Source: Trichinella spiralis (taxonomy: Eukaryota). From it: 64,000 nucleotides of DNA. The DNA lies in assembly GCF_000181795.1 (NCBI RefSeq), contig NW_003526944.1, positions 3,176,793 through 3,240,792 of the forward strand. Reading direction: 5' to 3'. Positions 38,321 through 51,519 of the stretch are shown in pieces. The stretch's first letter is position 1. Each line of letters begins with the position of its first letter. The notes beneath the pieces are model-generated. The model was not told the origin of the DNA. It saw only the letters and a list, made by a program, of their open reading frames with translations, and did no database searches. The position numbers and the translations under genes are program-made.

Positions 38321-39658
38321 ATGTTTGGTGGTTTCGACTTGGGGTATGTTTATATTCTAATTTTCATTTGTTTTTTAACGATCAACTCTTTTAAGGGATG
38401 CAAAAACAAATTGGGCCGAACAAATTGAGGAAGAATGTAATTCATCGATTGAAGATTCGCTTATATATTCGCATTATCACTTTATTTTAATGCATGTTAT
38501 CTGTGAATTTTTTAGTGGCACTTCCTGAAAGAAGCGAAGAAATCGTGGGGGACGTGAAAACAGTTACAGAATATCATCTGAATGATGAAAATCGTCGTGT
38601 CAAAACAGTTAGCCGCTTTAAGGTGTCAAAAAAGCGAATTCCTAAATCAGTTTTAGAACGTCGAGTAAGTAAATTTGTCAGTATGCACAGAATAATAAAT
38701 ATTTTGATTTCAGTTTTTTCTACATTTAGAAGTGGGCGAGATTCGGTCAAGATGCAGACATGTCATTGGAAGATTTGATGTCAAAAACAACATATTATGA
38801 TGATGAAATCACTATGCAGTTTTTGAGATCTAGAACTGGCGAACTTGTAATAAAATTGCTTCAGTTAACACATACATACATACATACTTACATGTGCTTC
38901 ATTTATTGACTTTCAGTTGGAGTTTGCAAATTCAGAGTTTTCTGGTTTGGATACTCAACGTTCGACAATGCAATTTCGAATGTGTCGGTTTTGCAAAAGT
39001 ATGGATCATTGGTCTACGCAATGTCCATACAGGGATGTGTTTGAAGAAGAAAAGGCGAAGGAAGCCGCTGCAGATGCAGGGGCTCAGTCCGGTGGTGATT
39101 TGCAGTCTTCAAGGTCAGGCGTTTATATTGCTCCAGCGTTGCGTGGTTTGGGTGCCGGATCTAAGCTATCCATGGATCCCCTTCAACGAAGAGGTAATTT
39201 AGAAAAATAAAAATTTTTTGTATAATTTTAAGAAAAATTGAAATACATTTTGATAAATGAAATGAAAATTTTAACCATTAGATGACAACACTGTACGTGT
39301 GACGAATTTGCCCGAAGATATATCTGATGTTGTTTTGAAAGAGCTGTTCAGTCAAGTTGGAAAAGTGGTTCGACTATATCTAGCAAGAGACAAAGTTACC
39401 CAGCGTTGTAAAGTAATGCATTTATTTAAATTTAAATGGGAGATATTGTTGTTATTATTGTTGTTATTTAGGGTTATGCTTTCGTTTCTTACATGAGCCG
39501 GGCAGATGCTCAAAAAGCGATTGATGAATTGTCAGGTTACAAATACGAACATTTAATTTTCAAAGTTGAATGGGCCAAGTATGAACACAAAATTACCCAA
39601 ATAGTTTGTGAACGGGATATTTTAAAGCTAATTTGGTATTTTTAGGCCAAGTACGTGA
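38321..39658 (+). CDS. eif-3.G: Eukaryotic translation initiation factor 3 subunit G, 8 exons, ~285 aa
   Basis: Exons 38321-38343, 38396-38436, 38516-38664, 38730-38846, 38917-39193, 39282-39412, 39472-39578 and 39646-39658 (858 nt, in phase). Motifs: NWAEQIEEE, KTVTEYH, ERRKWARFG, zinc knuckle CRFCKSMDHWSTQCPY, YIAPALR, RRM TVRVTNLPED...KGYAFVSY...YEHLIFKVEWAKPST*. Confidence 0.95.
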
Positions 39659-40185
39659 GTGAATGAATGAATGAAGGATTTGAAGGATTTTACTTTTCAA
39701 ACATATCTACTGTTTCTGTAGATTGTGAATAAAGATATGAAAACAATTCTTTCTACCATCATGCATTAAAAATAAGTTTCATTATATAAACAATTTGAAT
39801 ATTATTAGAAAACTGTTGGTAGAAAAGTAATATTATTATACAAAAAAAGCATATGGATAAAACAAAGTTCAAATGCACAAAATACATTTCAAAGTGCTGT
39901 TTTGAAAGTCTGAATTTAATTTTTCATGGAAAAATATCTATTATTGAATGAAAACACCAATAATTTAAAAAATAACATTCTATACAAATTTTAAAAGTGA
40001 TGATGAAAGACACAGTGCAATTTCACAGCAACATTGTCAAGTTATTTTATGCAAATTAACACAATACAGCCTATGGCATGCAAAGGATATCAATGAATTC
40101 AGGTCACATTGAACAAAAGTCAGTGGAAAATTTGTTAAACAATGTTACTTTATTATTATTCTGCTGAGCGGTCGACACAGAACCA

Positions 40186-43100
40186 ATGGTAATTCCAAAA
40201 GAAGAAGAAAGCTTCGGAAGAAAAGCCTCGTACACGCCGGCTATGAAGCAAGCACAAACGGTTAGTACTTTCCTGTATCATTTAGTTATGCGAAATATTT
40301 TATGTTTATAATTTGTCTGCTTAAATAAATAAAATAATTGAGATTTAACAGTAATAAAATTGCCATTTTAATTTTAGAACCGAAATAAAATTCATTATGA
40401 TCAAAACGCAAACATTAATAGCAGGTACATGTGGTGAACATGCTGATTAAGAATTTTATTTCTACTTTATTCGATCCATTTCAGCAGAGATTCATCTAGA
40501 ATAGCTCCATCGCATAGATCTTCAAGGAAAAAATGCATCATTTTTGCTTTGTACATAATTTTAGTCCTTCTACTCATCATTTTGGCCATTGTTCTTCCTC
40601 TTAATTTGACCAGCGAAGATAATCCGTATGCTCAATTATTATTCGAGAACGACAGTACGTGTTTCTAGCTATTGTTTGCTTTTCTTACAATTTTTAATGT
40701 AGTATATATTGTTTCAGTAACACTCAATGGCAGTGTGATGATACATCTTGCTAATCAATCGAAGCCGGTTAATGCATCCTTGATTGAGAAAATAGAATTA
40801 TTCTGCTATGAACAATTTAACTCATCAGATCCATGTTTTGCTAATTTCAGCACAGTGGAATACGCAACTGATTATTTCATACCAATGGTAACGTTGAAAA
40901 TTATTTGCATGTGTATTTTTCACCATTATGAAATGTATTCATTACTACCTGAATTCACTTAATGCACTGTAAGTTCAATTATTTTAAAATTATTACCTGG
41001 ATGATAATTTTTTTTCTTTATTTTCACTTCATTAACAAACATTATGAATGTAAAATATTGAAAATTCAACTGAATAGTCTTTTTCGATGATTTAGTTGAC
41101 AAATTCAGTCGTGAATACTAAGTTTTGTGAACAATTTGACTGTCATCTCGATACAGTAGAACATGTAGCGTAAGTTTAACAACAGAAAAATCGTTTTTTG
41201 TTGAAATTGTCTCATTTGATTTTACAGAATAGACGAAGAGAATGTCAACTTTGACTTTGCTGTACACTTGAAATTGAACGGAACCAAGTTCAGTGACTTC
41301 CTAAGCATGTCCACGTCTGAATTTATGAAAAATGTAATCTCAAATTTTGAAAAGATTCTCGACAACCCTTTTCGTGATTACCACAAGAACATAACTATAG
41401 GTAGGTAGATTTTGAAAATTGTTTCTGGTCAATCCGTTAGCGTTGAATCGAGAGAATACGTTTCATAAATGTATTTTTAGTACTGGAATTGAAGCAGATC
41501 TGTCAAATTTTCAATATTGACTGCGCGAAATTATTCTTGGAAAATATATACAGTTCAGCCAGTTTGAAAAAAGGTAACTTCAACAAAACGAAATATTCAG
41601 TTTTGAAAAGAATGATTAATTTTCAAGTCCAGAATTGATTGTTCAATATTTTCAAATTTAGAAGATGATAAAAGTGCAACATTTATAATGGATTGGATGT
41701 CCCAGTTCAGGCCACCTGTAGCATATAAAGTTTGTGAAGAAGCTAGCGGATTTGTGTGCAGAAGTGATGTAAGAAGTTTTAATGGAAAAATAAAGCAAAC
41801 AACAACAAGTATCTTTTCTATTAGGGAAAGCGTATTCGTCAAAGCAAAGTTTGCGACGGAATAAAGCATTGCCAGGACGGAAGCGACGAACAAGCATGTG
41901 AAAGTAGAGTTTTCATTTTTGTTCAATTTTTTTCAATTTCTCATGCAAGCATCAACCGTTTTTCAAGAATGCCAAACTGCTTACTCGTGTATAAATAAAG
42001 ATGGCAGTTTAACATGTGTCAGGGGTAAGCAAGTTTGTGATGGACAACATGAGTGTCATCTTCGGGGTTTGGAATTCTCAAAAGTGTGCAACACGCCAAG
42101 TACAAACAGTATCAGAACAGTTGAATTATATAGTGGTGAATAATGGATGCAAATTTCAGAAAATGACTGCAAATCCCCTTTGTATTTCCCGTGTGCAGAT
42201 TCTTCGATTTGTATACCAAAAGAATGGGTCTGCGATGGCGAGGAGCACTGTCCAAATGGAGACGATGAATCCCCTATCTGTGAAAAAGATGGTAAATATC
42301 TGTTAATTGTTAATTATCTGCATTAAAGTTTTTTCCTTCAGTTCAGAAATTTCTTTTCTAGAATGTAATAACAATGCCCATTGGTGCAACGGTCGCTGTA
42401 TCGCTCAGTGGAAATTGTGTGATGGTATTAACGACTGTCATGACAAATCTGATGAAATGAATTGCACTTGTGAACGTATGAATTTGTAATTATTGCGAGC
42501 CATTTATTCAATTATACACATCTCATTTGCTATTATGCAAATTTTTAAAATAATATATATTATGGAAGAGGAAGAAATCACAAGTGACATTGAAATTGAT
42601 TGGGAATTTTAATTTTTTAGAATGCTCAGGTGATGGGGTATTGTTATGCAGCGGGCCGGTTGGTCAGTGTATACTTGAAAATCGTATTTGTGACGGTCGC
42701 GCAGATTGCCCAAATGAGGAAGATGAAAGTGGTTGCCCGGGATGTAAATAATTTGGTATTACAAGTGAATATTTTATTGGTTATTTTAAAATTATTACAA
42801 TTTTCAGGGTGCCTTATAGAGGAAGAAGAGCCAGCAAAAATTACTTGCAGTAGTAATTCTGACCACGTGAGTTGCAAAAGTTGCAATATTGAAAATCAAT
42901 TCCAATGCGGAAATGGTCTGTGCATCAATCGCACTGAGGTAATGTTGCAATATGAAGAAAATAATTTCTGATCAGATTCTTATTTAGTAAACTTCTGAAA
43001 TGCAGATGTTTGATTTGGTGTTTAATAATTTTTAATTTTTCACGACAGATGTGTGATAATAAAAGAGATTGTGATGACGGCTCAGATGAAGATGACAAAC

Positions 43101-43697
43101 TCTGCTCCTGCGACAATTCGGATGGATTTTTTTGTAAATCCAATAACGAAACAAAATTTAATAATTGCAAACCAAACAGCTTTCGCTGCGATGGATTTGC
43201 TGACTGCGAAGGGTGAGTGGAAATTATAAAAACTTTGAAGGTCAATTAAAATACAAAACACTTGAAAATCACTTGAATTACGTTTGTATAAATTGAGCGA
43301 TGTGCTTTGTTTGCAGAGGAACAGATGAAACAGATTGTGATTCCTGTTTCAATAATCCCAAAGCCTTCTACTGTAATGTAACAAGAACATGTTTGCCAGA
43401 GTCTTCCCGTTGCGACGGTGAAGTAGATTGTCCTGACTACAGTGATGAAGATTTTTGCAGTTGTTCTGGTAAATTTAAATATTTTAGGTCCACTGAAAAT
43501 CGAATTCTGTGATCTGATCTGTTTTCACCGTTTCAGTTTGCAAAAGTCAAAAGCACAGCACCTACATGTGCCGAGAGCGTAATCGCTGCTTGCGTGCAGA
43601 ATACGCGTGCAATCCATCGTCAAAATACCATTGTCCGGGTGAACCCAGTGAAGATATGATACTTTGTCCACCGGCTTGGAAGCCACTTGGAGTTTAA
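40186..43697 (+). CDS. Type II membrane protein with ~8 LDL-receptor class A repeats (EGG-1/EGG-2-like)
   Basis: Candidate start [14 protein letters not shown]-terminal TM segment [23 protein letters not shown] (~40533-40601); LDLa repeats e.g. [60 protein letters not shown]; Cys-rich tail [20 protein letters not shown]...LGV* (TAA 43695-43697). No protease domain is seen. The 5' exon structure is less certain. Confidence 0.85.
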
Positions 43698-46597
43698 GAT
43701 AAAAAACGTGAACATTTTCAAAATTTCTGATCGATCTGCATGACCAGTAGTTTGATTTTTGCTTTCTCCAGTTGTATTCATATTCTCTTTGTTCTTGCAA
43801 ACGTTCATTCTAATTTTCATTGCATTAATCGTTGCATTTTTCCAACTAAGCGAGTCACGTAATGTTTTCAGCACTTTGTTTTCAAATGGATAGATAAATC
43901 TGTTTGTGTCGTTGTAAATAAATTTCATAATTACACCCACTTGGATGAGTCGGTATAAAGGTATGCAGAATGTTAAAATTTCATTATCCACTGCTTATGC
44001 GTTACGTAATAATAATGTTGGAAAATTCAATAAACTACGCGAACAACAACAAATTCACCCGGTCGATTTTCTTGTTTAACCTCATCTATCGGAGATTCAC
44101 ATCATAAGCTAATCAGAAAATTCTGCTGCTAATCCTTAAACTTTTTGCACTACACTGAATAAATAAATGCATGTTATCAAATAAAAGAAAAAATACACAA
44201 CAATAAGAATGTGTCAATATTGCATTGGGTTTAAACAATGTGCTAGTAGACAAGTACGAACGAGAGTAATGGAAATGAGAAAAAAATTATTTCATTGAAT
44301 ACCTGTGAATGATAAACTGCCCAAACAACAACAACAACGTAAGAATTTAAGCGACAATTTAGTCTTGAAGATCAATAATCAGAATACCGTGTTACTCCGC
44401 GACAATTGTAAAGTTAATTGTTTCAAAATATTATAAAATACGGTTGGTATTTATTATTAATTCATTTTCATCGATTAGGTGCGTGTATTTTTTACTTTTC
44501 CTATCAACTGTTCAACAATACTGACGGAGAATGAGAATTTCTTTGTTTTTCATTCCCAACTTTTCCACTAGCCGAAGCTTACGCTTGTTGTCATCAGAGT
44601 TCAATTCATAGTTAAATGTGAAATGTTGCATTGTTGAGATTGAAAATCAATCAATCTGGACACTCAATTAACCTCAGCATAGTTGAATTGTTCAAATTTC
44701 CACCTCCACTTTTTGCCACTTCAGTACAACTTTTGCCAGCATTAATGATGCAACATTAACTCGAATGCTTTTCTCGAGAATGCGAACGAATATTGGAACG
44801 GACACAGACACGTTCGTTCATCAATCAAAAACTGACAAGCAGTGATATTTCACAAATTATGCTCATCAAAATCAAAGCAGCTAAACTGATCAATGTTCTC
44901 AAATCTACCAAATTTTTCCATTTGAATACAGTTTGAAATACAAAAATTGAATCCACCAACTATTTTCTCCGTTCTATACATTTTTCAAAATCCATTCCTC
45001 TCATTTCTATTGTTCAATTTACAAATGACGTGAAAAGCATGAAATTCAAAAAAAAGTACCATATATAAATGTATTTTTTGTTTGAATTTTTTTGTACCAA
45101 AAAGTTTAATTTTTGAAATGAATCAAAATTTGTATTGAAGTGAAATAAATTGACGCAGTTGTTCTCAGTTAAAGAGGTAACAAACTACCAATTGGAAAAG
45201 TGATCGTCAAGTAAATTTGAAACGATCGTCATACTATCTTTACCCGAAAGCATTGATGCATCGAAATTGAGAAGAAAATTTTTATGAAAAAAACAATTTG
45301 AAGTGAGAAACATTTGTGGTCAATGAGAAATTAATCATTTTCGACGTTAATTTTTCTTATTTGAATCGAAATGTTTCCGACAATTTTGACCAATCGAAAA
45401 CGGCTCAAAGTAACAATTGAATAATAATGAATTTAATTGATCGTGTCAATTTTGATGAAGCATCACTTTTTGCAACAGTTCAACCTGCTCAGTTTGATTA
45501 TCATAAATTTCTACTCCATACGCCCAGTGTTGTTGAGATGTTTGGTTGATTGTTCGGTTGTGTTGTGCTTAACTGAACAGCTTGAAGAAAATCAATAAAA
45601 TCGCTACGATTTGACGGTTCGCCTGTAAGCTGCTTGCTGTTCGCCGGCTTATTTGCCGCCTGCTTGTCAAGCTATAAGCCATCTTGCATCGTATTACTTG
45701 CTTTCTGGAAAAATGAGAGATTCTCATGCCGTTGTCAATTAGCGCAAAAGCCAATGCCATCACAGCTACGCTTACGCGTGTTTAGCTATCACGTTGCTGT
45801 TGTTGTTGTTGTTGTTGTTACGGTGTTGTCGATGGTTTCCTAGCTGCGGGATCCTAGCGAGAATTATTTCTTGAAATTTCAAAAATGAACCTTCAAATTT
45901 TTTCAATTTTACAGTTTTCTTCTCGTTACGTATTAAATTTGCTTGTATTTATTTATCGTCGATTCGATTCATAACTTGTGATTTTTGTTGTTTGTTGGAA
46001 AAAAAAACAAAAAACACAAGCATTTTAGATATAAATCGAAAAAATATATAAATGCATATATTAAATGTACACGTGGTGCGTGCGTGCGTGCTTGTGTATG
46101 TGTACACGCGTCAGTTGTGAAAAGATAGACAGAGAAGTTTGTGGAAGGAAGAACAGTTGGTGCTTTTTCAGTCTGCCTAGCTGGAAGCTGCAGAGCAGCT
46201 GCTTCATGTCGTCATTGACAGTTGCTATTAGCATGCACAGACGGCCAAAGCGACCATTGTGAGTGCAGAGAGAGGAAGTGGAGAGAAAAAGCGAAAGAAG
46301 AAATTGAATAGTGAACGAGCAAAAACGAGCCAGTCTGAAATATATTTGTTCAGTTGGGAAGTTGATCATCGGCATGGTGCCGGCGCGGGCCGTCGTCGCT
46401 TTGCTTTCAACGTATGCGGATAGGATGTTTTGCCAATCATTCTGCAGACTCATTGCGCAATGGTCACAGAATTTCGCGTTTTTTTTTGGTTTCTCCCTTT
46501 ACATCTATATATATTTTTTATGTCGTTTTTTGTCCTGCTTATCACACATGCTTACAAACGATTTGATTTGAGGAACGACTATTCCACCAGTATCAGG

Positions 46598-49500
46598 ATG
46601 ATGCACCAGTCGTTGTACGGTGCCCTTTGCGCTGCAGATCCTCTCAGTGCTATGGCCGCTTTGATGGACCCACTGTTGGCGAACAAAGATACAACTTTTA
46701 CCAAAATTTTCGTCGGTGGTCTGCCCTACCACACCAACGACAGAACACTGCGCGAACATTTCGAACAATATGGCGAAATTGAAGAAGCGGTCGTCATAAC
46801 TGACCGTCAGACGGGAAAAAGCCGCGGCTACGGATTCGTAAGTATTCATTAACGCTCTGTTCACATTTTTTTTCTCCTTTCAAAAATCTACATAATAATA
46901 TGTCAACAAGTTGCATAAGCATAATAAGACTTGTTTACTGCCCGTGTCCGGGATATTTGCTCAACTGTACCTTTTCAATGGGGCCCATTTGTATTGTTCC
47001 CAACCGCCCCGCCCTCGTTTGCATGTGAGAACATTCTCTTCCGTTCTGAAGCGCACAACAAAGCAGCAGAATGCTGTTTTCGTTTTTCCTCGACGCTCAT
47101 TTTTCATCTCTTCTTCAATGCTAACGCTGCCGCCAACGTACAATTTACTTCCAACCGTCGCTTCTACTGCCGCCTTGCATGTATGTTTTCCATGCAATTC
47201 GGAGTCGAATCTAATCGACTTGCTGCTGCTGTTGCTTTTTCAATTCGACGCAAAAGTTACATTCACAGACAATTTAAAAAGCGGCCCCTCTTAGCACATA
47301 ATGTTTTATCGTTGCCGTAGTTTAATGCGTTGAACACTAAAACTGCAACTTTTTCTAAATCGTCGTCGTCAATTCATCCCCGGCCACATGTGGCTAATCG
47401 TAATAAAATTACCATTGTTGTGTGGGAAAGTTTCAGAATAATTAATTTTGCATAATTCAATGAATTAAAACAGTTTCGAAGAAAGAAAAAGATAAAAAAA
47501 TTGACAAACGATTCACCGACTTTATCCCTTTCAACAATCGAACAAAATTGTGTAAAACTGTTACTTACTGTTTGTCGATTTATAGCACGCAGCGATGAAT
47601 GGTTCTTCTGAATCAGCTTTTCCATATTAAAAAGCTAAAAAAAATAATAATTTTAATAAAAAGTTTATAGTTTCAAAAAATAATAAAAAAATTCAGTACA
47701 AACTGATTTATTGTTATTACTTTAGGTGACAATGAAGGATCGACCATCGGCAGAGCGAGCTTGTAAAGAACCGAATCCAATCATCGATGGCCGTAAAGCT
47801 AATGTCAACTTGGCTTATCTTGGTGCAAAACCGAGAAACAATCTTCATTTGGGTATGCTCTCATAAGAAAAACCTGTTTATAATGAATAAAACTTCTATT
47901 ATTGTTACTGTTCAAATGGGTGTATATTGTAATGAAATTGAAAATCAAGTCTTAATTAATTAATTGTATGGTAATTTTTTGGCAAAAGTTTTTCAACGGA
48001 TAATATTTACTGTTATGAAATTCATTTTAAACCCCAGTTTTGCAATTAAAGTAAAATCGACAGACTTTGTGTATTCTTTTGTTGCAAGTATAGCTAAAAC
48101 AAATACACCCAACTTCTATGACATTCAAAGCGAAATGTTCTTTTTGATTTATCCAATTCATTTATTTACAGGGTTTCCTTTGCCGTTGCCTCAAGCTGCT
48201 GCGGCCATGCCGACATTGTTTCCAGCAAACCGCTTGGGGTAAGTTTAAACATGCTAATTCTATCCTGATCTAATGGAATACGCGTCACATTTTGAATTTT
48301 TTACATTAGGACCACACTAAAACAGTATATCCTTCTCCAAGATGTATCTTAGACCGGTAAATTTGCAATTTTGTGTGGCGCCGTTCGTTCTGTAGTAGTA
48401 TTTTATGCTAGTTGATGTTTTTATTTTGTTTTATTTTTATTTTTTGGTGAGCTTTTTTTCCTCATTGTCGTCGTCTTTATTTTCATGTCATGTATATTAT
48501 ATAGTTGTTTTGTGCAGTTGTATGCGTTGAGACACACACAAACACAAACACACACGCACACACGTCTGCTTTTGTCACGTTTATTGTCGAATTTGAAGTT
48601 TTTGTGTGGTTTGAGTAACTACTTTTCTCACCATTTGCGTTTAATCAATTAATTAATTAATTAATTAGATGAATCAGTTTTTGAAAGGTGATTGTGCATA
48701 TATGGCAGGCCCTGTTTCATAGGAGCCGTTTGCGGTGTTTGCTTGTTTTGTGTTTTATTGTTTAACTGTTGATTTTGCTTTTAATCGATAATAAGATGCT
48801 GCTTTTTGCTGGCTTTCGCCAAGCTTGACGTTCGTCACTCTTTTTCTTGATAGTTGTTGTCAATGTGCTGCTGGTGCTGCTGCTGCTGACTTATTCGCAT
48901 TTGGCATGCAGGATTTGGCGAGTTGTTGCGAGTTCTAGGTGTCTGTCTCAATCTCCCCCTTTGTTTCCCGTTGGCATCTAGCAACTTGTTATATAATTGT
49001 CAGATCCAACGGCACATCTGTACTATCAAGCATTCAAGCTCGCAACCGCAATTTTTGTATAGCTTTGATGCAGCGGTGATTTGCATTAAAAAATTTTTTT
49101 CAAAGACACCCACAGCAAGTGAAAAGCAGCAAAAATCTCACGTGGATATTTCCCTGTTGGTTCAGCCTGTTGTGCTGTTGGTTGATATGACGAAAAAACG
49201 ACCAACTGAAAAGAAGTGAATATGAATGATTGACTGATTGATTGTGCTGTGTGGGGCAGCTGCTGGTTAAATTTTTCTGAAACTGCATTTTATCTGTCTT
49301 TCCAACATTTCTCACTTTCAACCTACGCCACACAAGTGATCATATATATTATAGCTGCTTGCGTTGTGCACACAAAGTCACTATCGCTCAAATAACCATC
49401 ACCAAGTAATTTGCTGTAATTTCTGTTTGCAAACGCTTTTTATGAGCGGTTAGTTTTTGCTTTCTTAAAAAAGCCACCTTTACTACACTATAAAGCATCA

Positions 49501-50494
49501 GTATTGTAAAACATTCGCTTCAGCTATTATCCGAACGTCATTAGCATTCGGTTTTTTACATTATACTGTTATTAGTTGCGTTTCTTTCTGTAGATAATTT
49601 TTTGTTATGTTTTAAAAGTGTGTAGTTTTATTGAAAATTTAAAAATTATTCTCAATTTTTCAATTTCAATTTACGACAATAACCATTCTGTAGAATAAGA
49701 GAAATCAAGTTCAAATATTTATTAGCGGTAAACTTTGAGTTTGAAATTTGTTTGTGCATTGGTTGCACTTTAATGTTCATGTTTCTTTTTTATCTTTAAT
49801 AAGTGCGTTTCAAAATTATTTATTAGTTTATTCTGTTTTTATTGTTTTGTTATGCAGTGGAGTTTCGTTTTCATTTTTTGAAATAATGATATTTCCAATG
49901 GAACAGTGGTTTTTGTTTTTTTCTACATTTTTTAGACTTCAACAGATTTATTATCCAACATCGCAGTTGATTGCATCTCCGGCTGGTTTGATTTTGCCGC
50001 AGCTTGCTTCATCCGCAACACCATCAGCCGCCGCCCAGCATGCTGGTTTGTATTCGGATTACAACAGTGTAGCGGCTGTTGCAGCGGCGGCAGCGGCGGC
50101 CGCTTCATACGCTCCAAACGCAAATGCAGGATCTTTGGGAAATCAGTATCCCCCGGTTCCGGGTGATCCGTACGCGTACGCAGCACTAGCGGCCGCGTAT
50201 GGTCTTGTTCCAGGGGTTGGACAGAGTGCCACCGCGTTTCCACCGGCGACCAACGGCAACAGCAACGGTAGCAACGGTATTGGTGGTAGTGGTGGTGGAG
50301 GTGGGCCATTTGGGGTTGGTTCGGCTGCGTCTGTACTCCAGCAAGTGTCTGCCAGCCAAATAGCTTCTGCTAGTGGTGGTGGTTCGGCTACAATGACCGC
50401 CTCAGCAGTGGTTAATGCGTACAGCAGTAGCAGCGCATCTTCCAGTGCAAGTGCGTTGCAATCGGCAGCAATTGCTGCTTTCGAACGTCAGTGA
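46598..50494 (+). CDS. sup-12: RRM RNA-binding protein of the RBM24/RBM38 (SUP-12/SEB-4) family, ~330 aa
   Basis: Exons 46598-46837, 47726-47852, 48172-48238 and 49936-50494 (993 nt, in phase). Diagnostic [17 protein letters not shown]...[59 protein letters not shown], followed by an Ala/Gly/Ser-rich tail. Confidence 0.93.
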
Positions 50495-51519
50495 AGTAAT
50501 AATAATAATAATGATAATAATAATAATAATAAGAGTAAAAGTAAGAATGAGCATTTTTTTCTTTCCAATGTCATTATAATGCATGTTTTATATGTATTCG
50601 TTTCCGTTCACAGTGATGAACTGTAATGCGAAATCATCTAACCAATAAAGAAAAAGACAACAAAAAAGAATACAACATGCAAGGAAAATAAATAAATAAA
50701 TTTATATTTGAAAATTATTTTGTTTGTTTATGTTTTCCTTTGACAGAAAGTAGTTGACAAGCAAAGTTTTATGATGTACGGTGGTGGTTCCAACAGTTTC
50801 GAAGGAATGGTTTATCGAAGGTATTGTTTATATATATAATATGCAAAGCGGTCTTTTATAAAATTACGACGTGTGTGAAAAACGAAATTCTTGTGTTGTT
50901 TTTTAATAATTATTAACAAGACTATAGAAATGAAAAGCATACGATGAAATGAAAAATGCAATAGAACCTCGCATTTATAACTTTTACGTTCGCCAACGTG
51001 GCATGTTGAACGTGGCGACCCGAGATTGAAAAATAGAAAAAAGAAGATGATATAGAACGAAGAAAAGAGCCAAACTGAAATGATAAAATAAAATGAATGG
51101 ATGGAAGTCCTTGCTAAGGACAATCCGTTGGAATGTACGGTATGTAGATTCATCGGCGAGAGGAGGAGAAAGAAAGAAAAAAAACATTGCTACGAATGAT
51201 ACGCTACCGCATACTACATCCATGCATAGTTGTTCGCTTTCTCACTTTCTCCTCTCTAAAAACTACTTTATATATATATACATATATAAATATAAATACG
51301 TGGTACATGCATGCATGTATATAATATATGTATGCATGCATGCATGTAGTTATTTATGTACAGTGATAGTGGCCGGACGGCAAAAATTAACAAACAAACG
51401 CCAGCCACTGTTCCAACAATAAAACAGATAAAAGTATGGAATTAAGAAGTGGAGTGGAATCCATTGTCGGTTTTCCTTGGTTGTTTGCTTTTGCTTATTT
51501 TTTTTTCAACAGACAATGT

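Noticed and set aside
43620..43991. 123-aa minus ORF overlapping the 3' end of the EGG-like gene
   Set aside because: No recognisable motif; length compatible with chance.
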